DNA from: Thermotogota bacterium
GTDB lineage: Bacteria > Hydrothermota > Hydrothermia > LBFQ01
Direction of reading: 5' to 3'
Assembly (NCBI GenBank): GCA_013153965.1
Contig: JAADDJ010000010.1
Location: forward strand, 17,443-81,442
Length of the DNA stretch: 64,000 bases
Under the pieces are notes generated by a model, which was not told where the DNA came from, did not search any database, and saw only the letters and a program-made list of their open reading frames with translations. The number at the start of each line of letters is the position of its first letter. The stretch's first letter is position 1. The position numbers were made by a program, and so were the translations under genes. This document shows, piece after piece, positions 55,848 through 64,000 of the stretch.

Positions 55848-56816
55848 TTACCGCGGGGCGCTCGCCTTACGGAGACGATTCATTATGGCCCTACCCAATC
55901 CCACTTCGGGAACGGGCATGACGGCTATCACCTCGTACCCCTCGCGGTCCGCCTCGTAGAGTGCGCCGAATAGATTGGCTGCCACCTCGCCCATATCCCC
56001 CCTCTCCGAGAGGAATCTAACATCCCCCTCCACGCCGTGGAGAGGTCGGGGAAGCAGGAGTAGGACCCTCCCATACATCGCCCGGAGCCGATAGTACTCC
56101 TCCCACGAATTGACGATGATAACCCTCGTCCTCGGCGCGTAGTGGCGTTTGAGCATCCCGGGGGCCATGACGTCGGACTCAGAGGGTAATTTCAGGGGAC
56201 GGCCCAAGACCCGCTCCACCTCCTCGGCGGGGAGACCTCCGGGCCGAAGGAGAAACGCGTCATCACCCCGAAGGGCCACGATTGTGGATTCCACCCCTAT
56301 GGACGTTCTTCCCGCGTCCAGTATCACATCAACCCTGTCGCCCAAAGTTTCGGCCACCTGACGGGCGGAGGTGGGACTGACGTATCCGAAGGGGTTGGCG
56401 CTCGGTGCGGCTACGGGTACGCCGGCTAAGGATATGAGTCTGAGGGCTACTGGATGGGAGGGCATGCGAACGGCGACCGTCGGAAGCCCCGCGGTGGTTA
56501 TGGGAGGGACCGCGTCGCTCTTGGGGAGCACCAGGGTGAGGGGTCCGGGCCAGAACTCCGACATGAGGGCTTCGGCCTCGGGAGGCAGGCTCTCAACCAA
56601 ACGATGAACGTCCTCGCGCGAGGCCACATGCACTATGAGGGGATCAAAGGAGGGACGTCCCTTAACCTCGTATATCCGGGCTACCGCCCGAGGATCAAGG
56701 GCGTTGGCTCCAAGGCCATAAACCGTCTCCGTGGGGAAGGCTACCAACCCTCCCCTTCGCAGAATCTCGGCAGCCCGCCTTACGTTCTCCTCGGTAGCGG
56801 GGAGTAGATTCCTCAC
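55848..56816 (-). CDS. tsaC: L-threonylcarbamoyladenylate synthase (Sua5/YrdC family, long form)
   Basis: VAFPTETVYGLGANA, KGRPSFDPLIVHV motifs plus Sua5 C-terminal domain. Confidence 0.9.
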   Translation of the reverse strand: MRNLLPATEENVRRAAEILRRGGLVAFPTETVYGLGANALDPRAVARIYEVKGRPSFDPLIVHVASREDVHRLVESLPPEAEALMSEFWPGPLTLVLPKSDAVPPITTAGLPTVAVRMPSHPVALRLISLAGVPVAAPSANPFGYVSPTSARQVAETLGDRVDVILDAGRTSIGVESTIVALRGDDAFLLRPGGLPAEEVERVLGRPLKLPSESDVMAPGMLKRHYAPRTRVIIVNSWEEYYRLRAMYGRVLLLLPRPLHGVEGDVRFLSERGDMGEVAANLFGALYEADREGYEVIAVMPVPEVGLGRAIMNRLRKASAPR

Positions 56817-56819
56817 CTC

Positions 56820-57149
56820 CTACTCGGGTATCTCGTCCCTCACGTCCTCGTGGTCCTTGTACTCCTCACTCTGGAGTACGGAGGTTATGAAGTCGTCAAT
56901 CTCCCTCTTGGTCAGGAAGACGCCGGCGAGGAGTTTGCCCGTGTAGTGATTGTTCTTGATCTCCCAGAACATGTAGAACTGGGGGAAACGCTCCTTCAGC
57001 TGCTTGTAGGCTATACCGTACTTGCTCGGCTTCTTGTAATTCTGCTCTATGAAGAAGTGCTTCTCATCCACCTCTATCAGGTGGAGGATGGCTCCCGTCT
57101 TCGTCTCTACCAGCTTCCACTTTAAGGGACGCTCTTCCAGTACTTTCAT
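56820..57149 (-). CDS. Hypothetical protein
   Basis: 109-aa ORF 3 nt upstream of tsaC; no recognised motif. Confidence 0.4.
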   Translation of the reverse strand: MKVLEERPLKWKLVETKTGAILHLIEVDEKHFFIEQNYKKPSKYGIAYKQLKERFPQFYMFWEIKNNHYTGKLLAGVFLTKREIDDFITSVLQSEEYKDHEDVRDEIPE

Positions 57150-57188
57150 GGTGAGACTATTATAGACCCGAAAGGGAGGGGGGAAGGT

Positions 57189-57881
57189 CTATCCGAAAAG
57201 TCTAAAGAGAGCCACCATCAAGCCGGCCAGGGCGACCATCTGACCCACCCAGAAGACGAACATCCATCTGATTATGTCGGCCCTCAACCTTCCCATCTCC
57301 CCGTACAGATTTGAGCGTAGGCTCTCAACATCGCCCTTGAACTCCGTACGTAGGCCTTCAATCCTCTCCGCCATCTCCGTCCGCAGACTCTCAATATCAC
57401 CCTTCAACTCCGCACGTAGGCCTTCAATCCTCTCCGCCATCTCCGTTCGCAGGCTCTCAACATCGCCCTTCAACTCCACACGTAGGCCCTCAATCCTTTC
57501 CGCCATCTCCGTCCGCAGACTCTCAACATCACCCTTCAACTCCGCACGCAAACTCTCAATATCACCCTTCAACTCCGTACGTAGGCCTTCAATCCTCTCC
57601 GCCATCTCCGTTCGCAGACTCTCAACATCGCCCTTCAACTCCGCACGTAAACTCTCAATATCACCTTTTAACTCCGCACGTAAGCCTTCAATCCTCTCCG
57701 CCATCTCCACCCTCAGTTTCCCCATCTCCTCCGCCAGGCGTCGTGCGAACCTCTCCTCCAATATCTCAAGCAACTGTGCCTTCGTATCCTCCTGAATCTG
57801 CCGCAGCACATCAACGAGAGCCTCACTACCGTCATCCCCCAGTTTCTCCCTCAGAACCTTTGGGACGGTTATCAGAGGCAT
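57189..57881 (-). CDS. Tail-anchored coiled-coil protein with 12 hendecad repeats (DUF1640-like)
   Basis: Repeats xEMAERIEGLR / xELKGD(I/V)ESLR x12; C-terminal TM RWMFVFWVGQMVALAGLMVALFRLFG. Confidence 0.55.
   Translation of the reverse strand: MPLITVPKVLREKLGDDGSEALVDVLRQIQEDTKAQLLEILEERFARRLAEEMGKLRVEMAERIEGLRAELKGDIESLRAELKGDVESLRTEMAERIEGLRTELKGDIESLRAELKGDVESLRTEMAERIEGLRVELKGDVESLRTEMAERIEGLRAELKGDIESLRTEMAERIEGLRTEFKGDVESLRSNLYGEMGRLRADIIRWMFVFWVGQMVALAGLMVALFRLFG
57312..57710. repeat. Tandem array of ~12 near-identical 33-bp repeats (coding; hendecad protein repeats)
   Basis: Read directly: units such as ctcaacatcgcccttcaactccgcacgtaggcc / ttcaatcctctccgccatctccgtccgcagact recur with few substitutions. 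Confidence 0.8.
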
Positions 57882-57901
57882 CGTCTTATTTTAAGGGGGA
57901 A

Positions 57902-58972
57902 TCAAGCCTTTCTAAAGCAGATGAAGACCACCGTGCGATAGTACGGGGCACTCTCTCCAACCCCAACCTCACCTCCGTGTATCTGCGCTATCTTCTTGAC
58001 CAAAGTTAGGCCTACACCCCATCCCCTCTGCTTGGTTGAGAAGGAACGCTTGAATGCCTTCTTGAAGCCTTCCCTATCAAACCCTTTTCCGTTGTCCTCA
58101 ACCTCCACGCAGACCTTCCGTCCCTTAACCTTGAACCTCACCACGACCTTGGTGGCACCCGCCTCGGCCGAGTTCTTGACGAAGTTCTCTATGGCCCACC
58201 CTATGAGCTCCGGATCCCCCAGAACCTTCACATCTTCGCATTCGCATAGGATCTCCAGATTTTTGTACTTCCTCCGCATCTCCTCCAGAACATCCATCAC
58301 CACCTCCCGCAGGTTAGTCTCAACGAGCTGGGGCTCACCTCCGAGCTTGGAGAATCGGCGAAGTATGGACGTCAGTCTGTTCAGGTCCCGTTTCATACCC
58401 TCAACGGCCTCCGGTGGCAGCCTGTCCTTGACCACCTCATACCACCCGTGGAGGGAGGATATGGGCGTGGCCAGCTGGTGAGCCAACCCCTTGGCGAACC
58501 CCGCCCAGAACTCAGAATATTCATACCTCTCCGACATGTAGGCCGCGTAGAAGAAGAGAAGGGAGATGGTGAGGATCCCCAGAAACAGGAAGACGTTTAT
58601 CCAGCGCAGCCAACGGGTGTAGTGGGGATAGTCGTACAGGAGCTCTCCCATCTTCCGACCGTGGTAGGTTATATCCTCCTTGAAGCGGAGCCGCCCTATC
58701 TCCGATTCGGATATGTTCTTCACCACCCGAACCTTCCCGGAGTTGTCCAGCAGGGCTATGGGGAAGTCTATATCCCGCGTAACGGAGCGGAGTTTGTTGT
58801 ATATCTCTCTGTCGGAGAGGGAGCTGATCAGGAGGGTTGAAACCAGAACCGACAGCGCCCTTGAGCTGCTCTTGGCATTCTGCTCCAGCTTATTTACGAC
58901 CCAGAAGGAGAGGGCCATACCGGAGAGTGTCAGGACCCAGAGGAGGAATAGGAATACGAAGCGGGGTTTCAA
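57902..58972 (-). CDS. Transmembrane sensor histidine kinase (HisKA + HATPase_c)
   Basis: Two TM helices flanking a ~100-aa extracytoplasmic loop; H-box GLAHQLATPISSL; G-boxes DNGKGF and GWGVGLTLV; start set at TTG overlapping the upstream stop (TTGA) with GGAGGG 9 nt upstream. Confidence 0.8.
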   Translation of the reverse strand: MKPRFVFLFLLWVLTLSGMALSFWVVNKLEQNAKSSSRALSVLVSTLLISSLSDREIYNKLRSVTRDIDFPIALLDNSGKVRVVKNISESEIGRLRFKEDITYHGRKMGELLYDYPHYTRWLRWINVFLFLGILTISLLFFYAAYMSERYEYSEFWAGFAKGLAHQLATPISSLHGWYEVVKDRLPPEAVEGMKRDLNRLTSILRRFSKLGGEPQLVETNLREVVMDVLEEMRRKYKNLEILCECEDVKVLGDPELIGWAIENFVKNSAEAGATKVVVRFKVKGRKVCVEVEDNGKGFDREGFKKAFKRSFSTKQRGWGVGLTLVKKIAQIHGGEVGVGESAPYYRTVVFICFRKA

Positions 58973-60570
58973 AGGATGCCCTCCAGAACCTCCTCCAAGG
59001 ACCTGCCGAGGCGCAGCCGCAGGAGGGGCGCGATGAAGTACCGGAGTTTCATCCTGAGATCCTGCGGAGAGTCGGCGAATAGATACGCGTGGCCCACACT
59101 CCCCTTCAGCACCTCGTTGAGGCGGCGGAAGATGGCCACAGCCCATCCTATCTCATCTCGCGACCATCCCTTCCCCTCAAGATACCTCACGAGGGCATCC
59201 TCATCCGGCTCAAAGAATATGACGGGAAACCTGCGAAGGATGGCCTGATCCATCTGCAGGGTGCTAACATCCCTCTCGTTGAGGGTCCCGATGAAGAACA
59301 GGTTCTCCGGGAGCACAAGAGGGGATCCAGAGTAAGGGAGCAGGACGGGCTTCCCCCTATACTCAAGAGCGTAGAGTAAATTCCCGAGGATGGCGGGGAG
59401 ATTCCCCCGGTTCATCTCATCCAGAATCACGACGAACCTGTCCTCCGGGTTGGATTGGGCCTTCCGGACCATCCTCAAGAAAGGCCCCTCAACTACCTCA
59501 AAGGCCACACCGCCCTCCCCTCTGACCGGCCGAAGTCCCTCAACGAACTCCTCGTACCGCAGTGAGGGAGAAGCTTGGATAAGGATCCAATTCCTTCCCT
59601 CCCGTCCGGCCATCCTCTCGGCCACCCTGCGTGCCACGTGGGTCTTGCCCGTCCCCGGGGGGCCCATGAGAACGGCGCTCCCGTACCTGTAAAGCACGTC
59701 CATAACCTCCTCCTCCTCCGGCGACAGGTCGTCGGGTACGGTTATGACCGCCGTACCCTCATCCAACGATTCCAGCGTCTTTCTTATACGTCCGATGTCG
59801 GAGGCGTACCCCAAGAAGACGTAATCTCCGGCGTAGTCGGGCACCGTGCCCGAGACGAAGGGAGCGTTGGCCATCCGTCTATCCGTCCTGAACCGTGGGA
59901 GTCTTCCGGTGTAATCGGGCTTCAGCAGGAATATCCCGTAGCTCTCCCCGCCCACCTCTCTGGCGGCCAGGAGTTTTCCCCATCGGGTGTCCATCACCTG
60001 CCACTCCCCTTCAAGTCGCTCGTATCCACCCGCATCCATCTCGGCGATCAGATGCCTCAAAAATCCTTCCCTCCTCGGATATACCTTCGCGTAGGCCTTA
60101 CGCATATCCACCATCACCCTCACGAGATCCGCCGGCTCCGACGTGGTCCCTATCACCTCCAGATAGGCGAATCTATCCGGCTCAAGGGCCGGGTGCTTTA
60201 TCCGTCCTATGAGGGTATCCACATCACCGACGCGCTCGCCCTCATCGGAGAAACGTACGATGTAGCCGGAGCCGAGGAGCGATGAGAATGTGGTACGTAG
60301 CCAATCGTCCCCCATCTCCTTCAGGATGGGTTTGTGGGGGACGGCCGCCCCATCGGGAGAGTAGAATCGCAAGATCCAAACGGCCTCCCTCCCCCTTCTC
60401 ATGAACAGGATGTGGGGAAGTACGCCCGGGAATAGGGCACTCCGGATCACCACCCCATCCTCCGTGGGAAACAGGTCAAAAAGTCCCACCGAGACTTTCC
60501 TATCCTCATACACCGCCCCCTCGCCGGTGATCCCGGTGAGGAATCTTACGACCTCCCTTATGTCTTCCAC
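58969..60570 (-). CDS. McrB-family AAA+ (AAA_5) NTPase with ~300-aa uncharacterised N-terminal domain
   Basis: LMGPPGTGKTHVARRVAE (cf. E. coli McrB GPPGCGKTFVARRLA), VVILDEMNRGNLPAILGNLLYALE (cf. ILDEINRANLSKVFGEVMMLME), FFIGTLNERDVS...AILRRF (cf. IIGLMNTADRS...ALRRRF). Confidence 0.7.
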   Translation of the reverse strand: MEDIREVVRFLTGITGEGAVYEDRKVSVGLFDLFPTEDGVVIRSALFPGVLPHILFMRRGREAVWILRFYSPDGAAVPHKPILKEMGDDWLRTTFSSLLGSGYIVRFSDEGERVGDVDTLIGRIKHPALEPDRFAYLEVIGTTSEPADLVRVMVDMRKAYAKVYPRREGFLRHLIAEMDAGGYERLEGEWQVMDTRWGKLLAAREVGGESYGIFLLKPDYTGRLPRFRTDRRMANAPFVSGTVPDYAGDYVFLGYASDIGRIRKTLESLDEGTAVITVPDDLSPEEEEVMDVLYRYGSAVLMGPPGTGKTHVARRVAERMAGREGRNWILIQASPSLRYEEFVEGLRPVRGEGGVAFEVVEGPFLRMVRKAQSNPEDRFVVILDEMNRGNLPAILGNLLYALEYRGKPVLLPYSGSPLVLPENLFFIGTLNERDVSTLQMDQAILRRFPVIFFEPDEDALVRYLEGKGWSRDEIGWAVAIFRRLNEVLKGSVGHAYLFADSPQDLRMKLRYFIAPLLRLRLGRSLEEVLEGIL

Positions 60571-62402
60571 TATCTGACCGTAACCGATTTGGCCAAGTTG
60601 CGTGGCTTGTCGGGGTCAACGCCCCTCAAGACGGCGGCGTAATATGCCAAGAGTTGCAGCGGGACTATGGTGATTATGGGGGTTAGGAATTCGGGAACTT
60701 CGGGGACGTAGATGGTGTGGGTGGAGAGCTCGGCCATCCTCCTATCCCCCTCGGTAATGACGCTTATCACCTTACCCCCACGGGATACGACCTCGTGGGT
60801 TGAGCTTACGGTCAGCTCGTAGGCGGAGGACCTCGGATTTATGACCACAACCGGTAGGGCGTTATCAACTAAGGCCAGCGGCCCGTGCTTCATCTCGCCC
60901 GCCGCGTAGCCTATGGCGTGTATGTAGCTGACCTCCTTGAGCTTCAACGCCCCCTCAAGAGCCGTGGGATAGTTTATCCCTCTACCGAGGAACATGACGT
61001 TCGTCGTCTTGTATATGCGCTCGGCTATGTGCCCTATGTGGGCATCCAGCGCCAGAACCCTCTCCACCTTCTTGGGGAGCGCCTCCATGTGCCTCATCAT
61101 CCCCTCAAGCTCATCCTCCGTCAGGAACCCCTTCACGTGGGCCAGCTCCAAGGCGAGCAACGTCAGAACCTGCACCTGCGCCACGTAGGCTTTGGTGGAG
61201 GCCACTCCCACCTCTATCCCCGCGTTGGTATATATGACGTAATCGCTCTCCCTCGCTATGGTACTCTCGGGCCTATTGACTATGGCCAGAACCTCCAGTC
61301 CATGCTTCTTCGCGTACCGTAGGCCGTCTATGGTATCCGCCGTCTCACCCGACTGGCTTATGGCCACGACCAACGTCCTTGAATCCGTAGCCAACTTCCG
61401 ATAGGAGAATTCGGAGGAGTACTCAACCTCCGTCGGTATCTCCGCGTAGGTCTCCAGCAGATATTTCCCCACGAGGCCGGCGTGGTAGGAGGTTCCGGCC
61501 GCCTCAATTATTATGCGGGTCTTATTCAGCAGGAGCTTTCGCAGGTTCAGGTCCCGCAGGAGCACGGGTTTGAGGGAGCGCACGTACCTCTCTATGTTCG
61601 TGGAGAGGACCTTTGGTTGCTCGTATATCTCCTTGAGCATGAAGTGGGGGTACGGCCCCTTCTCCGCATCCTCCTCCGTGTAGTCCAGAATCTTCGCCTC
61701 CTTCTCTATCGGTTTCCCTTGGAAATCGTAGAATTCAACGGAGTTCTGTCTGACGAAGGCTATCTCACCGTCATCAAGATAGACCACCCTCTTGGTGTGG
61801 GGGAGGATGGCGACGGGGTCGGAGGCGAGGATGTTCTCCTCCTCTCCTAACCCCACGACCAGGGGGCTATCCTTCCGCACGCCGATTATCAAGTCCGGAT
61901 CATCCCTGAATAGTATGGCCAGAGCGAAGGAGCCTTCAAGTTGCTTCACGGTCTTGACCAGCGCCTCTATCAGCTCCCCCTCCCGTAGATAGTTGTACTC
62001 CAGAAGGTTTGCTATGACCTCCGTGTCCGTCTCGGAGCTGAAGGAATAGCCCTGCTGCCTCAACATCTCCCTAAGGTAGGAGTAGTTGTCTATTATCCCG
62101 TTATGCACCACGGCGAATATGCCCCTCTGCGAGAGGTGAGGGTGGGCGTTCGTATCGCAGACGCCTCCGTGGGTGGCCCAGCGGGTGTGAGCTATGCCTA
62201 TGGTTGATTTGGGGAGAGGGCTCTCCGCGAGGCTGTTTATGAGCTCGTGTATCTTGCCGGCTCTCTTGCGCACTATGATGTTATTCTTCACCAGCAGGGC
62301 TATGCCGGCCGAGTCGTATCCCCTATACTCCAGCTTCTGCAGCCCCACCGTGAGAACGGACTCCGCGTCCTTGCGTCCGACGTATCCTACTATCCCGCAC
62401 AC
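60570..62402 (-). CDS. glmS: Glutamine--fructose-6-phosphate aminotransferase
   Basis: MCGIVGYVG N-terminal nucleophile; two SIS domains; C-terminal ...TVR; 610 aa. Confidence 0.95.
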   Translation of the reverse strand: MCGIVGYVGRKDAESVLTVGLQKLEYRGYDSAGIALLVKNNIIVRKRAGKIHELINSLAESPLPKSTIGIAHTRWATHGGVCDTNAHPHLSQRGIFAVVHNGIIDNYSYLREMLRQQGYSFSSETDTEVIANLLEYNYLREGELIEALVKTVKQLEGSFALAILFRDDPDLIIGVRKDSPLVVGLGEEENILASDPVAILPHTKRVVYLDDGEIAFVRQNSVEFYDFQGKPIEKEAKILDYTEEDAEKGPYPHFMLKEIYEQPKVLSTNIERYVRSLKPVLLRDLNLRKLLLNKTRIIIEAAGTSYHAGLVGKYLLETYAEIPTEVEYSSEFSYRKLATDSRTLVVAISQSGETADTIDGLRYAKKHGLEVLAIVNRPESTIARESDYVIYTNAGIEVGVASTKAYVAQVQVLTLLALELAHVKGFLTEDELEGMMRHMEALPKKVERVLALDAHIGHIAERIYKTTNVMFLGRGINYPTALEGALKLKEVSYIHAIGYAAGEMKHGPLALVDNALPVVVINPRSSAYELTVSSTHEVVSRGGKVISVITEGDRRMAELSTHTIYVPEVPEFLTPIITIVPLQLLAYYAAVLRGVDPDKPRNLAKSVTVR

Positions 62403-62469
62403 CCCGCTATTTTAAACCCGATGCCCTTAGTAGCAAAAGCCCCCCAATCGGGTGTAGAATATTAATGCG

Positions 62470-62865
62470 ATGAGAATGGAGCTGCAGCGCATCGTTGAGA
62501 AGATAATGGATGAGATAGACGACGCCGAGGCCGTCCTGTTCGCCACGACGGATGGACTGCCGGTGGTATTTGAGAGCCGCTTCAACCCGGACATCGTTGA
62601 GCGGTTGGCGGCCCTCTCCGCCATGTTGTACTCCGTGTCCAACCGAGCGGCCAATCTGGCCGAGGTGGGGGAGTTTGAGAGCCTTGAGCTGACGACGACC
62701 TACGGGAAGATGTTCATATACCACACCGCGCAGGACCTGTTCCTGACGATACTGACCAGCAAGGAGACGAACATCGGTCTGGTCCATGTGGTCGTTAAGG
62801 ATATATGTCGCAGGTACAGGGAGGTGCTGCGCCATGAGATTGGAGAGGATAATGGAGCTTCTTAA
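62470..62865 (+). CDS. Roadblock/LC7 (MglB-like) domain protein
   Basis: AVLFATTDGLPVV...YGKMFIYHTAQDLFLTILT pattern typical of Roadblock/LC7. Confidence 0.7.
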   Translation: MRMELQRIVEKIMDEIDDAEAVLFATTDGLPVVFESRFNPDIVERLAALSAMLYSVSNRAANLAEVGEFESLELTTTYGKMFIYHTAQDLFLTILTSKETNIGLVHVVVKDICRRYREVLRHEIGEDNGAS

Positions 62866-63343
62866 AAACTCCCTCCACATAGATGAGCCTCTGCCTCCGG
62901 CCCTCGTGAAGCACCGGGAGACCATAATGGGTTGGTTTCCCGAGCTGATGGAGGCCATAGCACGGAGGGTTGAGGGCACCGATGAGTACGTGAAGGAGGC
63001 TCTCCCCAAATTCGTCAAGGCGATGGTGATGGGGCAGACGGCCGACCTGTGGGAGAAGCTCTACAAAGAGAGCCAGAAGACCGCCTCCCACGGAATAACC
63101 CCCGAAAAGATAACCGTGGCTGGGACCGTCCTTCTGGAAGAGCTGGCCAAGAGGGCCATCCGCTCCTTCCCTCCCGACGAGGCCGAGCAGATAGTCACCT
63201 ACTTCATACGGATGATAGCCGGAGGCGTCGCGGTTAGGGTCAGCGGCTACAGGGCCCTGAGCAAGGAGTTCCTCGGCGTATCCGACAGCCTCTTTGAGAG
63301 GATAGAGCGCCTTCAGGCGAAGGGGTTGCGTAAGGAGGAGTAG
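62831..63343 (+). CDS. Hypothetical alpha-helical protein (possibly globin-like)
   Basis: 170-aa ORF; start placed at ATG with AGGGAGGTG RBS, overlapping the Roadblock gene by 35 nt. Confidence 0.4.
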   Translation, partial: AMRLERIMELLKNSLHIDEPLPPALVKHRETIMGWFPELMEAIARRVEGTDEYVKEALPKFVKAMVMGQTADLWEKLYKESQKTASHGITPEKITVAGTVLLEELAKRAIRSFPPDEAEQIVTYFIRMIAGGVAVRVSGYRALSKEFLGVSDSLFERIERLQAKGLRKEE

Positions 63344-63374
63344 GGCGCTCCCCTTCACCCGTAGAATCGTTTCT

Positions 63375-63746
63375 ATGAAAGGTGGCAAGCTTTGGGCCCT
63401 TCACTTCTTCGCGGGTTTCGTCCTCTTCTTCCTCCTCTTCGCCCATATCTCCCTGATGCACTTCTCCGCCGGGGCCGTCGCCCCGTTGAGCGATCCATCC
63501 AACCCACTAAGCTGGCAGAGCGTCCTCGCCCGCTCTAAGGACCTTATGATGACCGTGATATATACCCTCTTCGCCGGTTTCGGCCTCTACCATGGCTTCT
63601 ACGGACTCTTCGGAATCCTTACCGAGGTCAATGCCCTAAAGCCTTACCGTAAGGCCATCGGGGTTCTACTGACGCTCCTTGGGGTCCTTCTATTCGCCTA
63701 CGGGGCCTTCGCGGCATGGTATGGGTACTTTACGCTTCGTGGGTAG
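63375..63746 (+). CDS. sdhD: Succinate dehydrogenase hydrophobic membrane anchor (SdhD-family)-like
   Basis: 3 TM; YHGFYGLFGILTEVNALKPYRKA aligns with E. coli SdhD [20 protein letters not shown]. Confidence 0.5.
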   Translation: MKGGKLWALHFFAGFVLFFLLFAHISLMHFSAGAVAPLSDPSNPLSWQSVLARSKDLMMTVIYTLFAGFGLYHGFYGLFGILTEVNALKPYRKAIGVLLTLLGVLLFAYGAFAAWYGYFTLRG

Positions 63747-64000
63747 CCCGGCCCATAACCGAAGACAGTCTTAAGAGTCTGAAGGGCAAGGTCCTGCTCA
63801 TAGACGTGCGCTCCCCATCGTTCGTCAAGAGGGCTCCGATGGGAACCACCTACAACCTACCTCTGACGGATATCATCGCGGGGTATCGCCCTCCAGATGG
63901 CTACGACTACTATATAACGCTCTCCTCCTGCCCCAAGGGAGGGATAGCCAAGCGGGCGGCCGAGATCCTCGCCCGCAGGGGGCTAAAGGCGTTCTATCTG
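63716..64000 (+). CDS. Single-domain rhodanese-like sulfurtransferase (3' end outside window)
   Basis: LLIDVRSPSFVKRAPMGTTYNLPL and active-site loop SSCPKGGIAKRAA; frame 2 open to window end; ATG at 63716 overlaps previous gene by 31 nt. Confidence 0.5.
   Translation, partial: MVWVLYASWVARPITEDSLKSLKGKVLLIDVRSPSFVKRAPMGTTYNLPLTDIIAGYRPPDGYDYYITLSSCPKGGIAKRAAEILARRGLKAFYL

Noticed and set aside
57312-57710. Possible CRISPR array (regular ~33-bp repeats)
   Set aside because: Repeats are directly contiguous with no spacers and are in-frame coding sequence for hendecad protein repeats.
58973-59146. 58-aa N-terminal extension of the histidine-kinase ORF overlapping the McrB-like gene
   Set aside because: A TTG with GGAGGG RBS exactly at the upstream stop gives a start just before TM1; the extension would overlap 178 nt of the upstream CDS.

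Overview
High-GC (~60-65%) chromosomal segment, gene-dense with long co-directional gene arrays and frequent ATGA/TGATG/TTGA overlaps. It looks like a thermophile-like bacterium (proteins rich in R/E/K/V/L). T9SS C-terminal sorting domains and a giant SprA-like outer-membrane protein suggest an FCB-superphylum-like lineage; the taxon cannot be fixed from sequence alone. I support ~70 CDS, one tRNA-Glu(UUC), two intrinsic terminators and one 33-bp tandem-repeat array; no rRNA or CRISPR. Content: housekeeping genes (ugd fragment, dnaX, purB, gdhA, topA, infC, dtd, glmS, panB, cysK-like, rsmE, tsaC/sua5, pgpA, nudix, trm112, ligT); envelope genes (GT4 glycosyltransferases, Wzz-like, two peptidoglycan amidases, SppA, LptD, SprA-like, two T9SS-CTD cargo proteins, RND pump); hydrogenase maturation genes (hypE-hypA-hypB, and a separate HybD-type protease) without structural hydrogenase genes; orphan respiratory subunits (SdhC-like, SdhD-like, NuoC). 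Most unusual features: (1) a ~3-kb low-GC island carrying two tandem ABC exporter half-transporters directly upstream of an adaptor-less RND pump; (2) a McrB-family AAA+ NTPase with an unknown N-terminal domain, translationally coupled (TTGA) to a transmembrane sensor histidine kinase and lacking McrC; (3) a tail-anchored coiled-coil protein built from 12 hendecad repeats encoded by 33-bp tandem DNA repeats; (4) a signal-peptide-less SprA-like giant beta-barrel. All calls are by-eye motif recognition; no database searches were run.
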